Shown piece by piece: positions 1 through 9,593 of a DNA stretch of 64,000 nt. Both the position numbers and the translations under genes were made by a program. How positions within the stretch are numbered: position 1 is the stretch's first letter; every line of letters begins with the position of its first letter. Below the pieces are notes generated by a model. That model searched no databases. It had not been told where the DNA came from and saw nothing but the letters and a program-made list of their open reading frames with translations. This stretch comes from an uncultured Chloroflexia bacterium. GTDB taxonomy: Bacteria; Chloroflexota; Limnocylindria; Limnocylindrales; CSP1-4. The DNA lies in the NCBI GenBank assembly GCA_963757765.1, contig CAVWSL010000015.1:2360560-2424559 (forward strand). The letters are read 5' to 3'.

Positions 1-2
1 CC

Positions 3-1400
3 CACATCCTCGAAGGCCTCAAGATCGCGCTCGACAACCTCGACGAGGTCATCGCGACCATCCGTGCGGCAGCAGACGTGGATGCCGCTCGATCGGCGCT
101 CATGGAGCGCTTCGGGCTCTCCGAGATCCAGGCCAACGCGATCCTCGAGATGCAGCTGCGACGCCTGGCAGCGCTCGAGCGCAAGAAGATCGAGGACGAG
201 TACATCGCCATCATCCAGCTCATCAGCGAGCTCGAGGACATCCTCGCCAACCCTCGCCGGGTGCTGGACATCATCAGGACCGAGAACGAGGAGCTGGAGC
301 GCAAGTACGCCGGACCGCGACGGACCCGTATCGCCGAGGATGCGTCCCGGGAGCTCTCCGATGAGGACCTCATCGCCGATGAGGATGTGGTCATCACGGT
401 CTCGGGCCGCGGCTACATCAAGCGCCAGCCGCTCGTGACGTATCGCCGCCAGGCCAGGGGCGGCAAGGGCATCATCGGGGCGCGCACCGTCGAGGAGGAT
501 GCCGTTGGCCACCTCCTGGTCGCCAACACCCACGACTGGGCGCTGTTCTTCACTGACCGCGGCAGGGTCTTCAGCTCCAAGGTCCACGCCATCCCTGACG
601 CCAGCCGTCAGGCCAAGGGCGTGCCCATCATCAATCTCGAGGGCGTCCAGGTCGAGGCCGGTGAGCGGGTGCTCGCGGTCATCACGCTGCCCGACTTCGA
701 CAAGGGCGACAACCTCGTGATGGCCACCCGGTTGGGCATCATCAAGAAGACGCCCGTGGAGCAGTTCGAGCGGGTCCGCTCGACGGGCATCCGGGCCATC
801 ACCGTGGCCGAGGACGATGCCCTCGCCTGGGTCGGGGTCTCGTCCGGCAAGGACGACATCGTGCTCGCGACCGCCCTCGGCAAGATCGCCCGCTTCCCGG
901 AACGCGAGGTGCGGGCCATGGGTCGCGACGCGGCAGGTGTCATCGGCATCCGGCTCGCGCGCAAGGGGGACCAGGTCATCGGCATGCGGGTCGTCGAGCC
1001 CGGTGCCGACCTGCTGGTGCTGACCGAGACTGGCTATGGCAAGCGGGTGCTGCTCGATGACCACATCCGGACCAAGCATCGCGGTGGCCAGGGCGTCCAG
1101 CTCATCGCGCTGGAGGGCAGGAAGACGGGCAACGTCGCTGCGGTCGAGATCGTCACCGAGGCGGACGAGGAGCTGCTGCTCATCAGTGCCAGCGGCCAGG
1201 TGGTGCGCACGGACGTGAAGAGCGTCAACCGCTACAGCAGCGGCGCCCGGGGGGTCATCGTCATGCGACTCCACGAGGGCGACGAGGTCGCGGGCATCGC
1301 CGTCTTCCGCGCCGGGCTGGCAGAGCAGCGCGGCATCGACCAGAATGACCCGACGGAGTCAGCGGGCGACGCGCCCGGCGGTGGCGAGCCACCGGCTTGA
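3..1400 (+). CDS. gyrA: DNA gyrase subunit A, C-terminal (beta-pinwheel) part; 5' end lies outside the window
   Basis: The frame is open from position 3 (HILEGLKIALDNLDEVIATIRAA...). It shows GyrA C-terminal repeats (ITVSGRGYIKRQPLVTYRRQARGGKGIIG; multiple 'GD.V' blades) and an acidic tail. Confidence 0.9.
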   Translation, partial: HILEGLKIALDNLDEVIATIRAAADVDAARSALMERFGLSEIQANAILEMQLRRLAALERKKIEDEYIAIIQLISELEDILANPRRVLDIIRTENEELERKYAGPRRTRIAEDASRELSDEDLIADEDVVITVSGRGYIKRQPLVTYRRQARGGKGIIGARTVEEDAVGHLLVANTHDWALFFTDRGRVFSSKVHAIPDASRQAKGVPIINLEGVQVEAGERVLAVITLPDFDKGDNLVMATRLGIIKKTPVEQFERVRSTGIRAITVAEDDALAWVGVSSGKDDIVLATALGKIARFPEREVRAMGRDAAGVIGIRLARKGDQVIGMRVVEPGADLLVLTETGYGKRVLLDDHIRTKHRGGQGVQLIALEGRKTGNVAAVEIVTEADEELLLISASGQVVRTDVKSVNRYSSGARGVIVMRLHEGDEVAGIAVFRAGLAEQRGIDQNDPTESAGDAPGGGEPPA

Positions 1401-1447
1401 CGACACGGCCATTGGAGAGCAACCGGGTGACGTCGTTCGGATTCGAC

Positions 1448-2461
1448 ATGACGGGACGCGCCACGGAGACGCTGGACCTCTACGCCGGCAACTCGAACCC
1501 GGGCCTGGCGCGCAAGATCGGGCTGTACCTGGATGTCCCGCTCGGTCAGTGCGAGGTGTTCGAGTTCGCCAACGAGAACATCTTCGTGAAGATCCTGGAC
1601 AATGTCCGGGAGCACGACGTCTACCTGGTCCAGCCCACCTGCTCGCCGGTCCAGAAGTCGATCATGGAACTGCTCATCATGATCGACGCGTTCAAGCGCG
1701 CCAGCGCCGGGCGCATCACGGCCGTGGTGCCCTACTACGCGTATGGACGTTCGGACAAGAAGGATCAGCCGCGGGTGCCCATCACGGCGCGCCTCATCGC
1801 GGACATGATCAGCGTGGCGGGTGCCGACCGGCTGCTGACGATGGATCTCCACCAGGGTCAGATCCAGGGCTTCTTCAATATCCCGGTGGATGAGTTGACG
1901 GCGGTCCACCTGCTCAGCAACCACTTCATCCAGATGGGACTTCAGGACCTGGTCGTTGTCACGGACCTCGGCTTCGCCAAGCGTGCCCGGACCTTCGCCG
2001 AGCTCATCGAGGCACCCCTCGCCATCGTCGAGAAGCGCCGTCATGGCAATGACGACCGGGCCGAGGTGCTCAACGTCATCGGCGAGGTGAAGGGCAAGCG
2101 GGCCATCGTCGTCGACGACGAGATCGATACCGCTGGCACCCTCATGGAGGTCACTCGGGCGCTCGAGCGCGAGGGGGTCATCGAGATCTACGCCTGCGCC
2201 ACGCATGGGGTCCTTTCCGATCCGGCCATCGAGCGCATCCGGGAGTCGAACCTGACTCAGGTCGTCATCACCGATACCATCCCGCTGGTCCCCACCAAGC
2301 GGATCAGCAAGATCCGGCAGCTCTCCGTGGCGCCGCTCGTCGGTGAGGCGATCCGGCGGATCCACGGTGGCGAATCGGTGGGCGCCCTGTTCTCCTCAGA
2401 GATCAAGCTCGTCCAGGAGATGGGCCTCTGGAGCGAGGGCGAGGCGGAGGACGACGCTTGA
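1448..2461 (+). CDS. prs: ribose-phosphate pyrophosphokinase (PRPP synthetase)
   Basis: LYAGNSNPGLARKIG...VVPYYAYGRSDKK...IVVDDEIDTAGTL are classic Prs motifs. The start is taken as ATG at 1448. The ORF is open from a TTG at 1397 that overlaps the gyrA stop. Confidence 0.85.
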   Translation: MTGRATETLDLYAGNSNPGLARKIGLYLDVPLGQCEVFEFANENIFVKILDNVREHDVYLVQPTCSPVQKSIMELLIMIDAFKRASAGRITAVVPYYAYGRSDKKDQPRVPITARLIADMISVAGADRLLTMDLHQGQIQGFFNIPVDELTAVHLLSNHFIQMGLQDLVVVTDLGFAKRARTFAELIEAPLAIVEKRRHGNDDRAEVLNVIGEVKGKRAIVVDDEIDTAGTLMEVTRALEREGVIEIYACATHGVLSDPAIERIRESNLTQVVITDTIPLVPTKRISKIRQLSVAPLVGEAIRRIHGGESVGALFSSEIKLVQEMGLWSEGEAEDDA

Positions 2462-2568
2462 CGGTCTGACACCGCATCGCCATCGGCTCTCGCGCGCTCC
2501 CGCCCGTCCGAGTACCATCGAGGCCCCGCCACTGGTGGCCCAAGATCGATGACCCTCGGAGTCCATGC

Positions 2569-2799
2569 ATGACGCTCAAGCTCTACCGACCTGATCCCGA
2601 TGGCGGGCTCGAGCCGGCGCCGGTCAAGACCGGGGACTACCGTCGACAGCTGCGCTCGCGGCGATGGAAGGCCGCGCCGCTGCGGAACGCCGAGGTCGAG
2701 CAGACGGACCCGCGCATCGCGGTCCTGTTCGTGGCGCTGCTCGCGATCCTGACTCTCGGCGTCCTGGTCGTGGGGTACGGTATCGACTTCTGGGGTTAG
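2569..2799 (+). CDS. hypothetical small membrane protein (single C-terminal TM helix)
   Basis: A 76-aa ORF with the hydrophobic C-terminus IAVLFVALLAILTLGVLVVGYGIDFWG. No homology was recognised. Confidence 0.3.
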   Translation: MTLKLYRPDPDGGLEPAPVKTGDYRRQLRSRRWKAAPLRNAEVEQTDPRIAVLFVALLAILTLGVLVVGYGIDFWG

Positions 2800-2844
2800 G
2801 ACGGGGCCGGGCGAGGCGACCCCATCGTTTGTCCTGTGTTCGGG

Positions 2845-4098
2845 CTAGGGAGCCGAAGAGGGCTCGCCCGCGCAGATGGTGTTGCCGTCCAGGGTCAGCG
2901 TCGAGCCATCCGGGACATCAAGGTCGGTGTCGTTGCCACAGAACGTGTTGCCCCGGATGATGGACGACGTCACCGTCGCGTCGGCGATGATGGCCCGACC
3001 GTTTCGTTCGAACGTGTTGCCGTCGAGGGTCGCTGCGGCCAATTCCGTGATGTTGATGCCGCCCGGCGAATCGTGGATCACATTGCCTCTGATGACCGGG
3101 TCCATGCCGACGCCATAGACGTCGATCTCGCCACCGCTGATGTCGTTGTCCTCGATGAGTGCCGAGGCATTGTGGGCGATATCAAAGGACCAACCGTTGG
3201 GGCAGCCCGTGACCAAGTTGTTCCTGAAGGTGGCGGCGGTTTCGTCTCCCCAGATCTGGACACAGCTATCGAGCAGCTGGCTCTGTTCGAATGTCGGGGT
3301 GGATCCACGGTCGACTTGCAGCCAGCCCTCGTGTCGGACATTGCGAACCAGCGCCTGTGAACCCAGGTCGATGGCCAGGCCCATACGGCTAGCTGCCTCG
3401 CTGGATGGGACTGGGTCCCCTGCGATGTCGATGATCATATCTTCCAGCGTCGGCGCACCAGCGTCGACGACTATCGCCTTGCCGGAACCAGTGCCGACCA
3501 CCGTAAGCGTCGAGACGACGGCGTTGGATCCGACCAAGTGGATCCCATACACGCCATTGATCGTGCCGCTGCAACTCATCAGGCATCGTGTCGCGTACTC
3601 CGGCGGCAGCTCCCGCCCCTTTTCCGGCACCTGGATCACGACAGACGACGGGTCACCCTCGCCCTTGACCGTGATGTCGCCGGTGATGTCCACCTGCTCT
3701 GCATAGGTGCCAGGCCGGATGAGGACGGTGTCGCCGTCGTGGGCCGCGGCCACGGCCTCGGCGATGGTCGTGTAGTCGGCGGAACCATCCGGGGCCACCA
3801 CGATCGTCGCCGGGCCCGCTAGCAGGCCAGCTGCCCCGACCACGGTGCCAGTGGCAAGAATGACCAGGATGAGTGTAAGGATCGCAACGTAGGCGAGTCG
3901 CATCGCCGGCGAACCGGCCGCGACCCTGTCGTGCATTCGCATGGGACGCTCCTTGATGTCCACGAGCCAGCGCGACCGAGATCGGGCACGGCTCGTCGTG
4001 AAGAGGATGTGGTGGCGGAGCCGCTCGGGGGCATGCGACGGTGCGCCATCGGCCAGCACGTCGCCGAGCAGCTGCTCGAGCCGGCGGTCGGTGGTCAT
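2845..4098 (-). CDS. putative anti-sigma factor / membrane protein with extracytoplasmic right-handed parallel beta-helix domain
   Basis: Its start overlaps the stop of the upstream ECF sigma gene (ATGA at 4095-4098). It has an N-terminal cytoplasmic segment and one TM helix (LAYVAILTLILVILATGTVVGAAGLL). After that come PbH1-like repeats (IRGNVIHDSPGGINI, LDGNTFERNGRAII, IRGNTFCGND, LDGNTICAG). Confidence 0.7.
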   Translation of the reverse strand: MTTDRRLEQLLGDVLADGAPSHAPERLRHHILFTTSRARSRSRWLVDIKERPMRMHDRVAAGSPAMRLAYVAILTLILVILATGTVVGAAGLLAGPATIVVAPDGSADYTTIAEAVAAAHDGDTVLIRPGTYAEQVDITGDITVKGEGDPSSVVIQVPEKGRELPPEYATRCLMSCSGTINGVYGIHLVGSNAVVSTLTVVGTGSGKAIVVDAGAPTLEDMIIDIAGDPVPSSEAASRMGLAIDLGSQALVRNVRHEGWLQVDRGSTPTFEQSQLLDSCVQIWGDETAATFRNNLVTGCPNGWSFDIAHNASALIEDNDISGGEIDVYGVGMDPVIRGNVIHDSPGGINITELAAATLDGNTFERNGRAIIADATVTSSIIRGNTFCGNDTDLDVPDGSTLTLDGNTICAGEPSSAP

Positions 4099-4685
4099 GC
4101 CGTTCGCTCCCGGGACAAGCGTGCCTGGCCCTCGGGTTCATCGCGCATCGCGAAGCGCAGTGCCTCCAGCGCGCGATGTAACCGGGACTTGGCGGTCCCG
4201 ATGGGGATGTCGAGGATGGCTGCCGCGTCCGTGAGCGGCAGCCCGAGATAGAAGTGCAGGACGATCACCGCCCGCTGGTCGATGGGCAGGTCGCCGAGCC
4301 GTCGCTCGATGCGATCCCGCTCAGCCAGCTGGGTGGATGGATCGGCGGCTCCTGGCGACTCCAGGTCGGGCAGCACATGCAGCTCGACTAGGGCCTTGCG
4401 GCGCTCCTTCCGGGCCAACCGGTAACAGGCCCAGACGGTCATGCGATGGAGCCAGGCATCCCACGCCTCCGGATCACGCAGGGAGCGAACGTCCCGCCAG
4501 GCAGAGACGAGCGCCTCCTGCACCGCGTCCTGAGCGCGGTCCCGGTCGCGGAGGATGAGCGTGGCGAGCGCGTACTGCCGGTCGATCGAGGCATCCACCA
4601 AGATGGTGAAGGCCCCATGATCGCCGCCGATCGCCCGATCAACGAGCTCTCGCTGCATCCCACCACCGATGTCGGCGCGACGCAT
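4095..4685 (-). CDS. RNA polymerase ECF-type sigma-70 factor
   Basis: Region 2 is AQDAVQEALVSAWRDVRSLRDPEAWDAWLHRMTV. Region 4 is DQRAVIVLHFYLGLPLTDAAAILDIPIGTAKSRLHRALEALR. It is translationally coupled to the downstream membrane protein. Confidence 0.85.
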   Translation of the reverse strand: MRRADIGGGMQRELVDRAIGGDHGAFTILVDASIDRQYALATLILRDRDRAQDAVQEALVSAWRDVRSLRDPEAWDAWLHRMTVWACYRLARKERRKALVELHVLPDLESPGAADPSTQLAERDRIERRLGDLPIDQRAVIVLHFYLGLPLTDAAAILDIPIGTAKSRLHRALEALRFAMRDEPEGQARLSRERTA

Positions 4686-5059
4686 CCGGTCGCGCTCACC
4701 CCTCTATGCGTCCGCAGATCACCCAAACGGTTCCCGATTTCGCGAGCGGTCGCCAATCTAGCGGCACGACGCAACCGCCGGCCCTCATCCCAGGCCAGCC
4801 GTCGGGCACTTGGTGGGGTCGACTGGCTGCGGCGCCGGCAACGTGAGCGGTTCGAAGCGGGCCGACTGGAGGACCCGATCGGCCTCCTGCTCATCGGCGA
4901 TGGACGTCCACGGGAACGTGTGCGTCGCGAGCACGACCCGCGTCCCGCTAACGTCGAGGATCGACTTCCGCTGGTGCTGCTGGTTGGCGATGCCCTGCCG
5001 CTTGCCGTGCATCGACCATTCGTCGAGGCACGGGTCGGCCGTGCAGCCGGTCGTGGTGA

Positions 5060-5708
5060 TCACCGATCAAGCTCAAGGCTCTTGCCATGGAAGCCACCGA
5101 TGGTGTCATCCGTGACGGGTCCGGCCTGGATGCCGACGATGTTGGTCAAGGCGTACGTCAAGTCGTCAACGCTCGGTCCGACCGGCGGTGACACCTCCGG
5201 CCCTCGGCACGGATGAGCAAAGGCGTTGGTGACCAGAAAGGCGCCGGGCACCCCGCCGATCTCCGTCGGTTCCAGACCTGCATCGTGACGAAGCACCAGG
5301 AGGGCGCGCTGCTCTGGTGGCAGGCGCCGGAAGCCGCGCTCCAAATCGTCCCGGTCCGCGACGCTCAGATAGTCATCGGTCGGGGACGGCAGGTCGAGGG
5401 GGGAGCAGGTACATGTTCGGGAGGGTTCGACGCGAAGGAATCGCGTCGGCAAGACAGGACCTAACGACGAGGCGATGCAGCCAAGCGTCGAATCGGTCCG
5501 GATCGCGGAGACCCCGGAGGTCACGCCAGGCGATCACCAGCGCGTCCTGCAGGGCATCCTCGGCCCGATCGACGTCCCGCGGGATACGCTGCGGTGCCTC
5601 GGGTCGGCGCCCATGGGGGTGCCCTCCGACACTCCATGGGAGACCGGCGGTGGCCAGCGTTCGATCTTCGATCGGCGAATGCGGGTCAGTTGTGCACCGG
5701 GTGATCAC
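5060..5708 (-). pseudogene. decayed ECF sigma factor paralog with at least two frameshifts
   Basis: The region-2 homolog (AEDALQDALVIAWRDLRGLRDPDRFDAWLHRLVV) is in the 5373..5708 frame and ends in a stop. The region-4 homolog (RRLPPEQRALLVLRHDAGLEPTEIGG) continues in a different frame (5060..5524). The HTH segment is garbled (GVPGAFLVTNAF). Confidence 0.6.
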
Positions 5709-5876
5709 TACGTCAGTCGAACCGTCGACAAGGATCGAGGATCACGCGGCCAGCCGACGATCGCGCCGCCTCGCGGTCGATCCGTCGGTCAGGAACGTAT
5801 CCAGACCGACCTCAACCGACGTATCGACCATCACGTGCACAACGATCCGGGTGAGCTCGCCACCGGAAGCCGCGGA

Positions 5877-8800
5877 CTACTTGCCGTGGCACTTCTTGTA
5901 CTTGAGGCCTGATCCGCAGTAACAGGGGTCATTGCGACCCAGGCGCGCGCCAGGATCACCGGCCGCAGCCGTGACGGGATCGGCCGCGATGGGCTCATCG
6001 CCGCGCTGCAGGGTCATCTGGCGTGGCCCCTTGCGGGTGAGGCCGGGGATGATCGCCGGGCCGGCCACCTCCGCGGCGGCAGCTGCAGCACCGGCTACGC
6101 CCTCGGATCCCGCGCTGGTCTGGTCGCTCATCAGGCCAGGAGCCGCAGTGTCGTCCTCGATCTCATCGTAGGGCGCCAGGTCCTCAGCGCCGAGGTCCAG
6201 ATCGGCGAGCACATCGCCATCGCCGTACGTGCTCTCGACCGTCTCGGTGATGGCGTCGTCGGTGGTCACGATGTCGCCAGCGTGGGCTGCGCCGTTCGCC
6301 GCTGGGGCTGCATCGTGGCCTGCTGCCAGCTCCGCCTGCTTGGCGCGTGCCGCCGCGGCGGCACGGAGCATCGCCATCTGCTGGGGCGTCGGCATCGGCA
6401 GGCTGCGGGCGGGCGTCGGCGTGGCGGGCGTCGGCTGCTGCACCTGCACGTTGACCCGATAGATGGTCGTCGCGACCTGGTGTCGGATGAAGCCACGGAG
6501 CTCGTCGTAGAGCTTGAACGCCTCGCGCTTGAACTCCACGAGCGGATCGGTGCCGCCATACCCTCGCAGCCCGACCCCCCGCCGGAAGTCATCGAGCTCG
6601 GTCAGGTGGTCGACCCACAGCTGGTCGATGGAGCGCAGGAGAACGAGCCGCTCGACCATCGCCCAGGTCTGCTCGCCGTAGCGTCCCTGGCGCTCGGCGA
6701 GGGTTGCCTCCGCAGCCTCCTGCAGACGATCGACGATCTCGTCCTTGTTCGTGAGCGGCAGCAACGACTCGGCGTCGATGTCCTCGCCGGTGATCCCCAG
6801 GTGCGCCACGTCGTGGGCGAGTCCCTCGATGTCCCAGTCGTCCATGACGGGACCGAGGTGCTGCTCCACGAGCAGGTCCAGCTCGCCGGACACGAAGCCC
6901 AGCACCGCATCACCCAGGTCCTCGTTGTGGAGCACCTTGTCGCGCTCGGAATAGATGGTCTCGCGCTGCTTGTTGATGACGTCGTCGTACTCCACGACGC
7001 GCTTGCGGATGTCGAAGTTGTAGCCCTCGACGCGGGACTGGGCGTTCTCGATCGTCTTGGACACGAGACGAGACTCGATGGCCACGTCACCGTCGAGGCC
7101 CATCCGCTCCATCAGGCCCGTCACCCGCTCGGAGGCGAAGCGCTTCATGAGCGTGTCCTCGAGGGACAGATAGAAGCGGGAGGAACCCGGATCACCCTGT
7201 CGGCCGGCACGACCGCGGAGCTGGTTGTCGATGCGGCGGGCGTCGTGACGCTCGGTGCCGATGATGTGCAGGCCACCGGCCGCAACGACCTGGTCGTGCT
7301 CGAGGGCCGTCTCTTCCTTGGCCTTGGCCAGCGCGGCCGCGTAGACGTCTGCTTCGACCTCGACGGGGTTGAGCCCCTGCTGGTGGAGCGCCGCGGATGC
7401 AAGACCCTGGGGGTTGCCGCCGAGCAGGATGTCCGTGCCGCGACCAGCCATGTTCGTAGCGATGGTCACCGCGCCCAGGCGACCGGCCTGGGCCACGATG
7501 GGCGCCTCCTTCTCGTGGAACTTCGCGTTCAGCACCTCGTGTGGGATGCCGCGTCGGGCGAGCATCTCGGAGAGCACCTCGCTCTTCTCGACGCTCACCG
7601 TGCCCACGAGCACCGGGCGGCCTGCTGTGCGCATCTCGACCACCTCGTCGATGAGCGCCTCGAACTTCGCGTTCTCGGTCCGGAATACGAGGTCCGCCTC
7701 GTCGTCGCGGATCATCGGCCGATGCGTCGGGATGGCCACGACCTCCAGGCCGTAGATCTTGAAGAACTCCTCCTGTTCGGTCATGGCCGTGCCGGTCATG
7801 CCTGAGAGCTTGTCGTACAGCCGGAAGTAGTTCTGGAAGGTGATCGTGGCGAGGGTCACCGACTCCCGCTGGACCCGAAGGCCCTCCTTGGCCTCGACCG
7901 CCTGGTGGAGTCCCTCCGACCAGCGACGACCGGGCATCTGGCGGCCGGTGAACTCGTCGACGATGACGATCTCGCCATCCTTGACGATGTAGTCGCGATT
8001 GACCTTGTACAGCGCGTGGGCCCGGAGCGCCTGCTCGAAGTGCCGGGCCAACCGCGGGTCCGCGGTGACGTCGTAGAGGTCCGGCACGCCCAGGAGCTTC
8101 TCGATCTTCTCGATACCCTCCTCGGTGGGCGAGACCGCGTGCTCCTTGAGGTCGACGAAGTAGTCGCCCCCCTCCTCGGCGCCATCCGGACGAGCCTTGA
8201 GCCGGGGGACCAGCCGCGCAAAGGTGTAGTAGAGGTCGCCCGACTCCTCGGCCTGGCCGCTGATGATGAGCGGCGTCCGCGCCTCGTCGATGAGGATGTT
8301 GTCCACTTCGTCGACGACCGCGAAGTACCGGCCCCGCTGGACCCGTTCCACGAGCTCCGTGACCATGTTGTCGCGGAGGTAATCGAAGCCGAGTTCGTTG
8401 TTGGTGGCATAGGTCACATCCGCGGCGTACGCCTCGCGACGAGGCACCGGCCGCAGGTACAGCATCCGCTCGTCCGATGGGCGGTACTCGGGGTCGAACA
8501 CGAACGAGCTGTCGTGCTGGACGATACCCAGCGTGAGGCCAAGGCCGTGGAAGATCGGGCCCATCCACTGCGGGTCGCGCTTGGCCAGGTAGTCGTTGAC
8601 GGTGACCACATGGACGCCGCGCCCGGACATCGCGTTGAGGGCAGCGGCGATGGGTCCGACGAGCGTCTTGCCCTCGCCGGTCTTCTGCTCCGAGATGCGG
8701 CCCTGGTGGAGGACGATGGCGCCCAACAGTTGCACATCGAACGGGCGCATGCCGAGCTTCCGCCAGGAGACCTCCCTGGCGGCCGCGAACACGTCCGGCA

Positions 8801-9092
8801 GCACGTCATCGAGGGCTGCCTGCAGACGCTTGAGGTCGTTCTTCTCACGCCCTCGACGCATCTCGGCGCGGCGCTCCCGCTCGGGATGACCCAGCTCGTC
8901 TTCCGACGGCGGTGTAGGGGCCGCCCGCTCGGCGACCTCGGCCCGGACCTGGGCCATCTCCTCGCGGATCTGGTCATCCGTGAGTGACTGGTAGTGCTCC
9001 TCGAGTCCGTTGATCCGGGCTACGACGGGGCGCAGCTTGGACAGGTGGGCTTCATTGCCGCCGCCCACGAGGCGGGCCAGGATGCTGCGCAT
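5877..9092 (-). CDS. secA: preprotein translocase ATPase SecA
   Basis: MRSILARLVGGGNEAHLSKLRPVVARIN..., DEAD-like motor motifs, and the C-terminal zinc-binding tail CYCGSGLKYKKCHGK. The ORF is open from 9122, but the conserved N-terminus begins at the ATG at 9092. Confidence 0.9.
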   Translation of the reverse strand: MRSILARLVGGGNEAHLSKLRPVVARINGLEEHYQSLTDDQIREEMAQVRAEVAERAAPTPPSEDELGHPERERRAEMRRGREKNDLKRLQAALDDVLPDVFAAAREVSWRKLGMRPFDVQLLGAIVLHQGRISEQKTGEGKTLVGPIAAALNAMSGRGVHVVTVNDYLAKRDPQWMGPIFHGLGLTLGIVQHDSSFVFDPEYRPSDERMLYLRPVPRREAYAADVTYATNNELGFDYLRDNMVTELVERVQRGRYFAVVDEVDNILIDEARTPLIISGQAEESGDLYYTFARLVPRLKARPDGAEEGGDYFVDLKEHAVSPTEEGIEKIEKLLGVPDLYDVTADPRLARHFEQALRAHALYKVNRDYIVKDGEIVIVDEFTGRQMPGRRWSEGLHQAVEAKEGLRVQRESVTLATITFQNYFRLYDKLSGMTGTAMTEQEEFFKIYGLEVVAIPTHRPMIRDDEADLVFRTENAKFEALIDEVVEMRTAGRPVLVGTVSVEKSEVLSEMLARRGIPHEVLNAKFHEKEAPIVAQAGRLGAVTIATNMAGRGTDILLGGNPQGLASAALHQQGLNPVEVEADVYAAALAKAKEETALEHDQVVAAGGLHIIGTERHDARRIDNQLRGRAGRQGDPGSSRFYLSLEDTLMKRFASERVTGLMERMGLDGDVAIESRLVSKTIENAQSRVEGYNFDIRKRVVEYDDVINKQRETIYSERDKVLHNEDLGDAVLGFVSGELDLLVEQHLGPVMDDWDIEGLAHDVAHLGITGEDIDAESLLPLTNKDEIVDRLQEAAEATLAERQGRYGEQTWAMVERLVLLRSIDQLWVDHLTELDDFRRGVGLRGYGGTDPLVEFKREAFKLYDELRGFIRHQVATTIYRVNVQVQQPTPATPTPARSLPMPTPQQMAMLRAAAAARAKQAELAAGHDAAPAANGAAHAGDIVTTDDAITETVESTYGDGDVLADLDLGAEDLAPYDEIEDDTAAPGLMSDQTSAGSEGVAGAAAAAAEVAGPAIIPGLTRKGPRQMTLQRGDEPIAADPVTAAAGDPGARLGRNDPCYCGSGLKYKKCHGK

Positions 9093-9593
9093 GGGATAGC
9101 GAAGTATAGGGCCGGGTGGCATCCTCGCCCGTGAGCCGTTGTGACAGGCTCACCGAGGGCTCGCGAACGCCTTCGGGGCGTCGCCGGGACCGCCCGGCGC
9201 GGCCACGTGGGATAGCCCCTTGTGGGTATCCGGGCTGCGTTCGTATACTCCGGACGTCACGCGCGCGGTTCGCCGCCGTGTGCAGAGGGCGGAGCCAGCG
9301 GACCGAAGCCCAGCCGCATGGCCCCGGAGAGGGAGAGAGAGGGAATCGTGAAGCCGTTTCCGGCGGCCGAACCGGAGATCGGTCGATCCGTCGTTCACCG
9401 ATCTCATCGCCTGCGAGCGCGACTGCCGTTCGTGCAGCTATGCCGCATGGCTCGATTGCGACGGAGACTGCGGGCCGTGTCCGCATAACTCGTATTGCCC
9501 CTGTGTGAACCCCGTAGTCGCTCGCAGCAAGACTGCGCTCAAGATCCTTGAGCTCCGTCCGAAGCTGCTCCAGGACCTGCAGGCGAAGACCTG

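Noticed and set aside
6282-7805. A 507-aa plus-strand ORF. Many similar long ORFs were also seen: 1232..2365 (-), 13800..14942 (+), 19280..20776 (-), 20461..21780 (-), 24893..26533 (-), 47062..48327 (-), 53006..54532 (-), 57090..58610 (-), 60201..61649 (-) and 61598..63121 (-).
   Set aside because: All lie antisense to, or out of frame within, genes with unmistakable homology (secA, prs, the ABC permease, the aminotransferase, the DhaK/L kinase, dnaA, dnaN, and others). Their Arg/Gly/Asp/Pro-rich, low-complexity translations are typical of open alternative frames in 70%-GC DNA.
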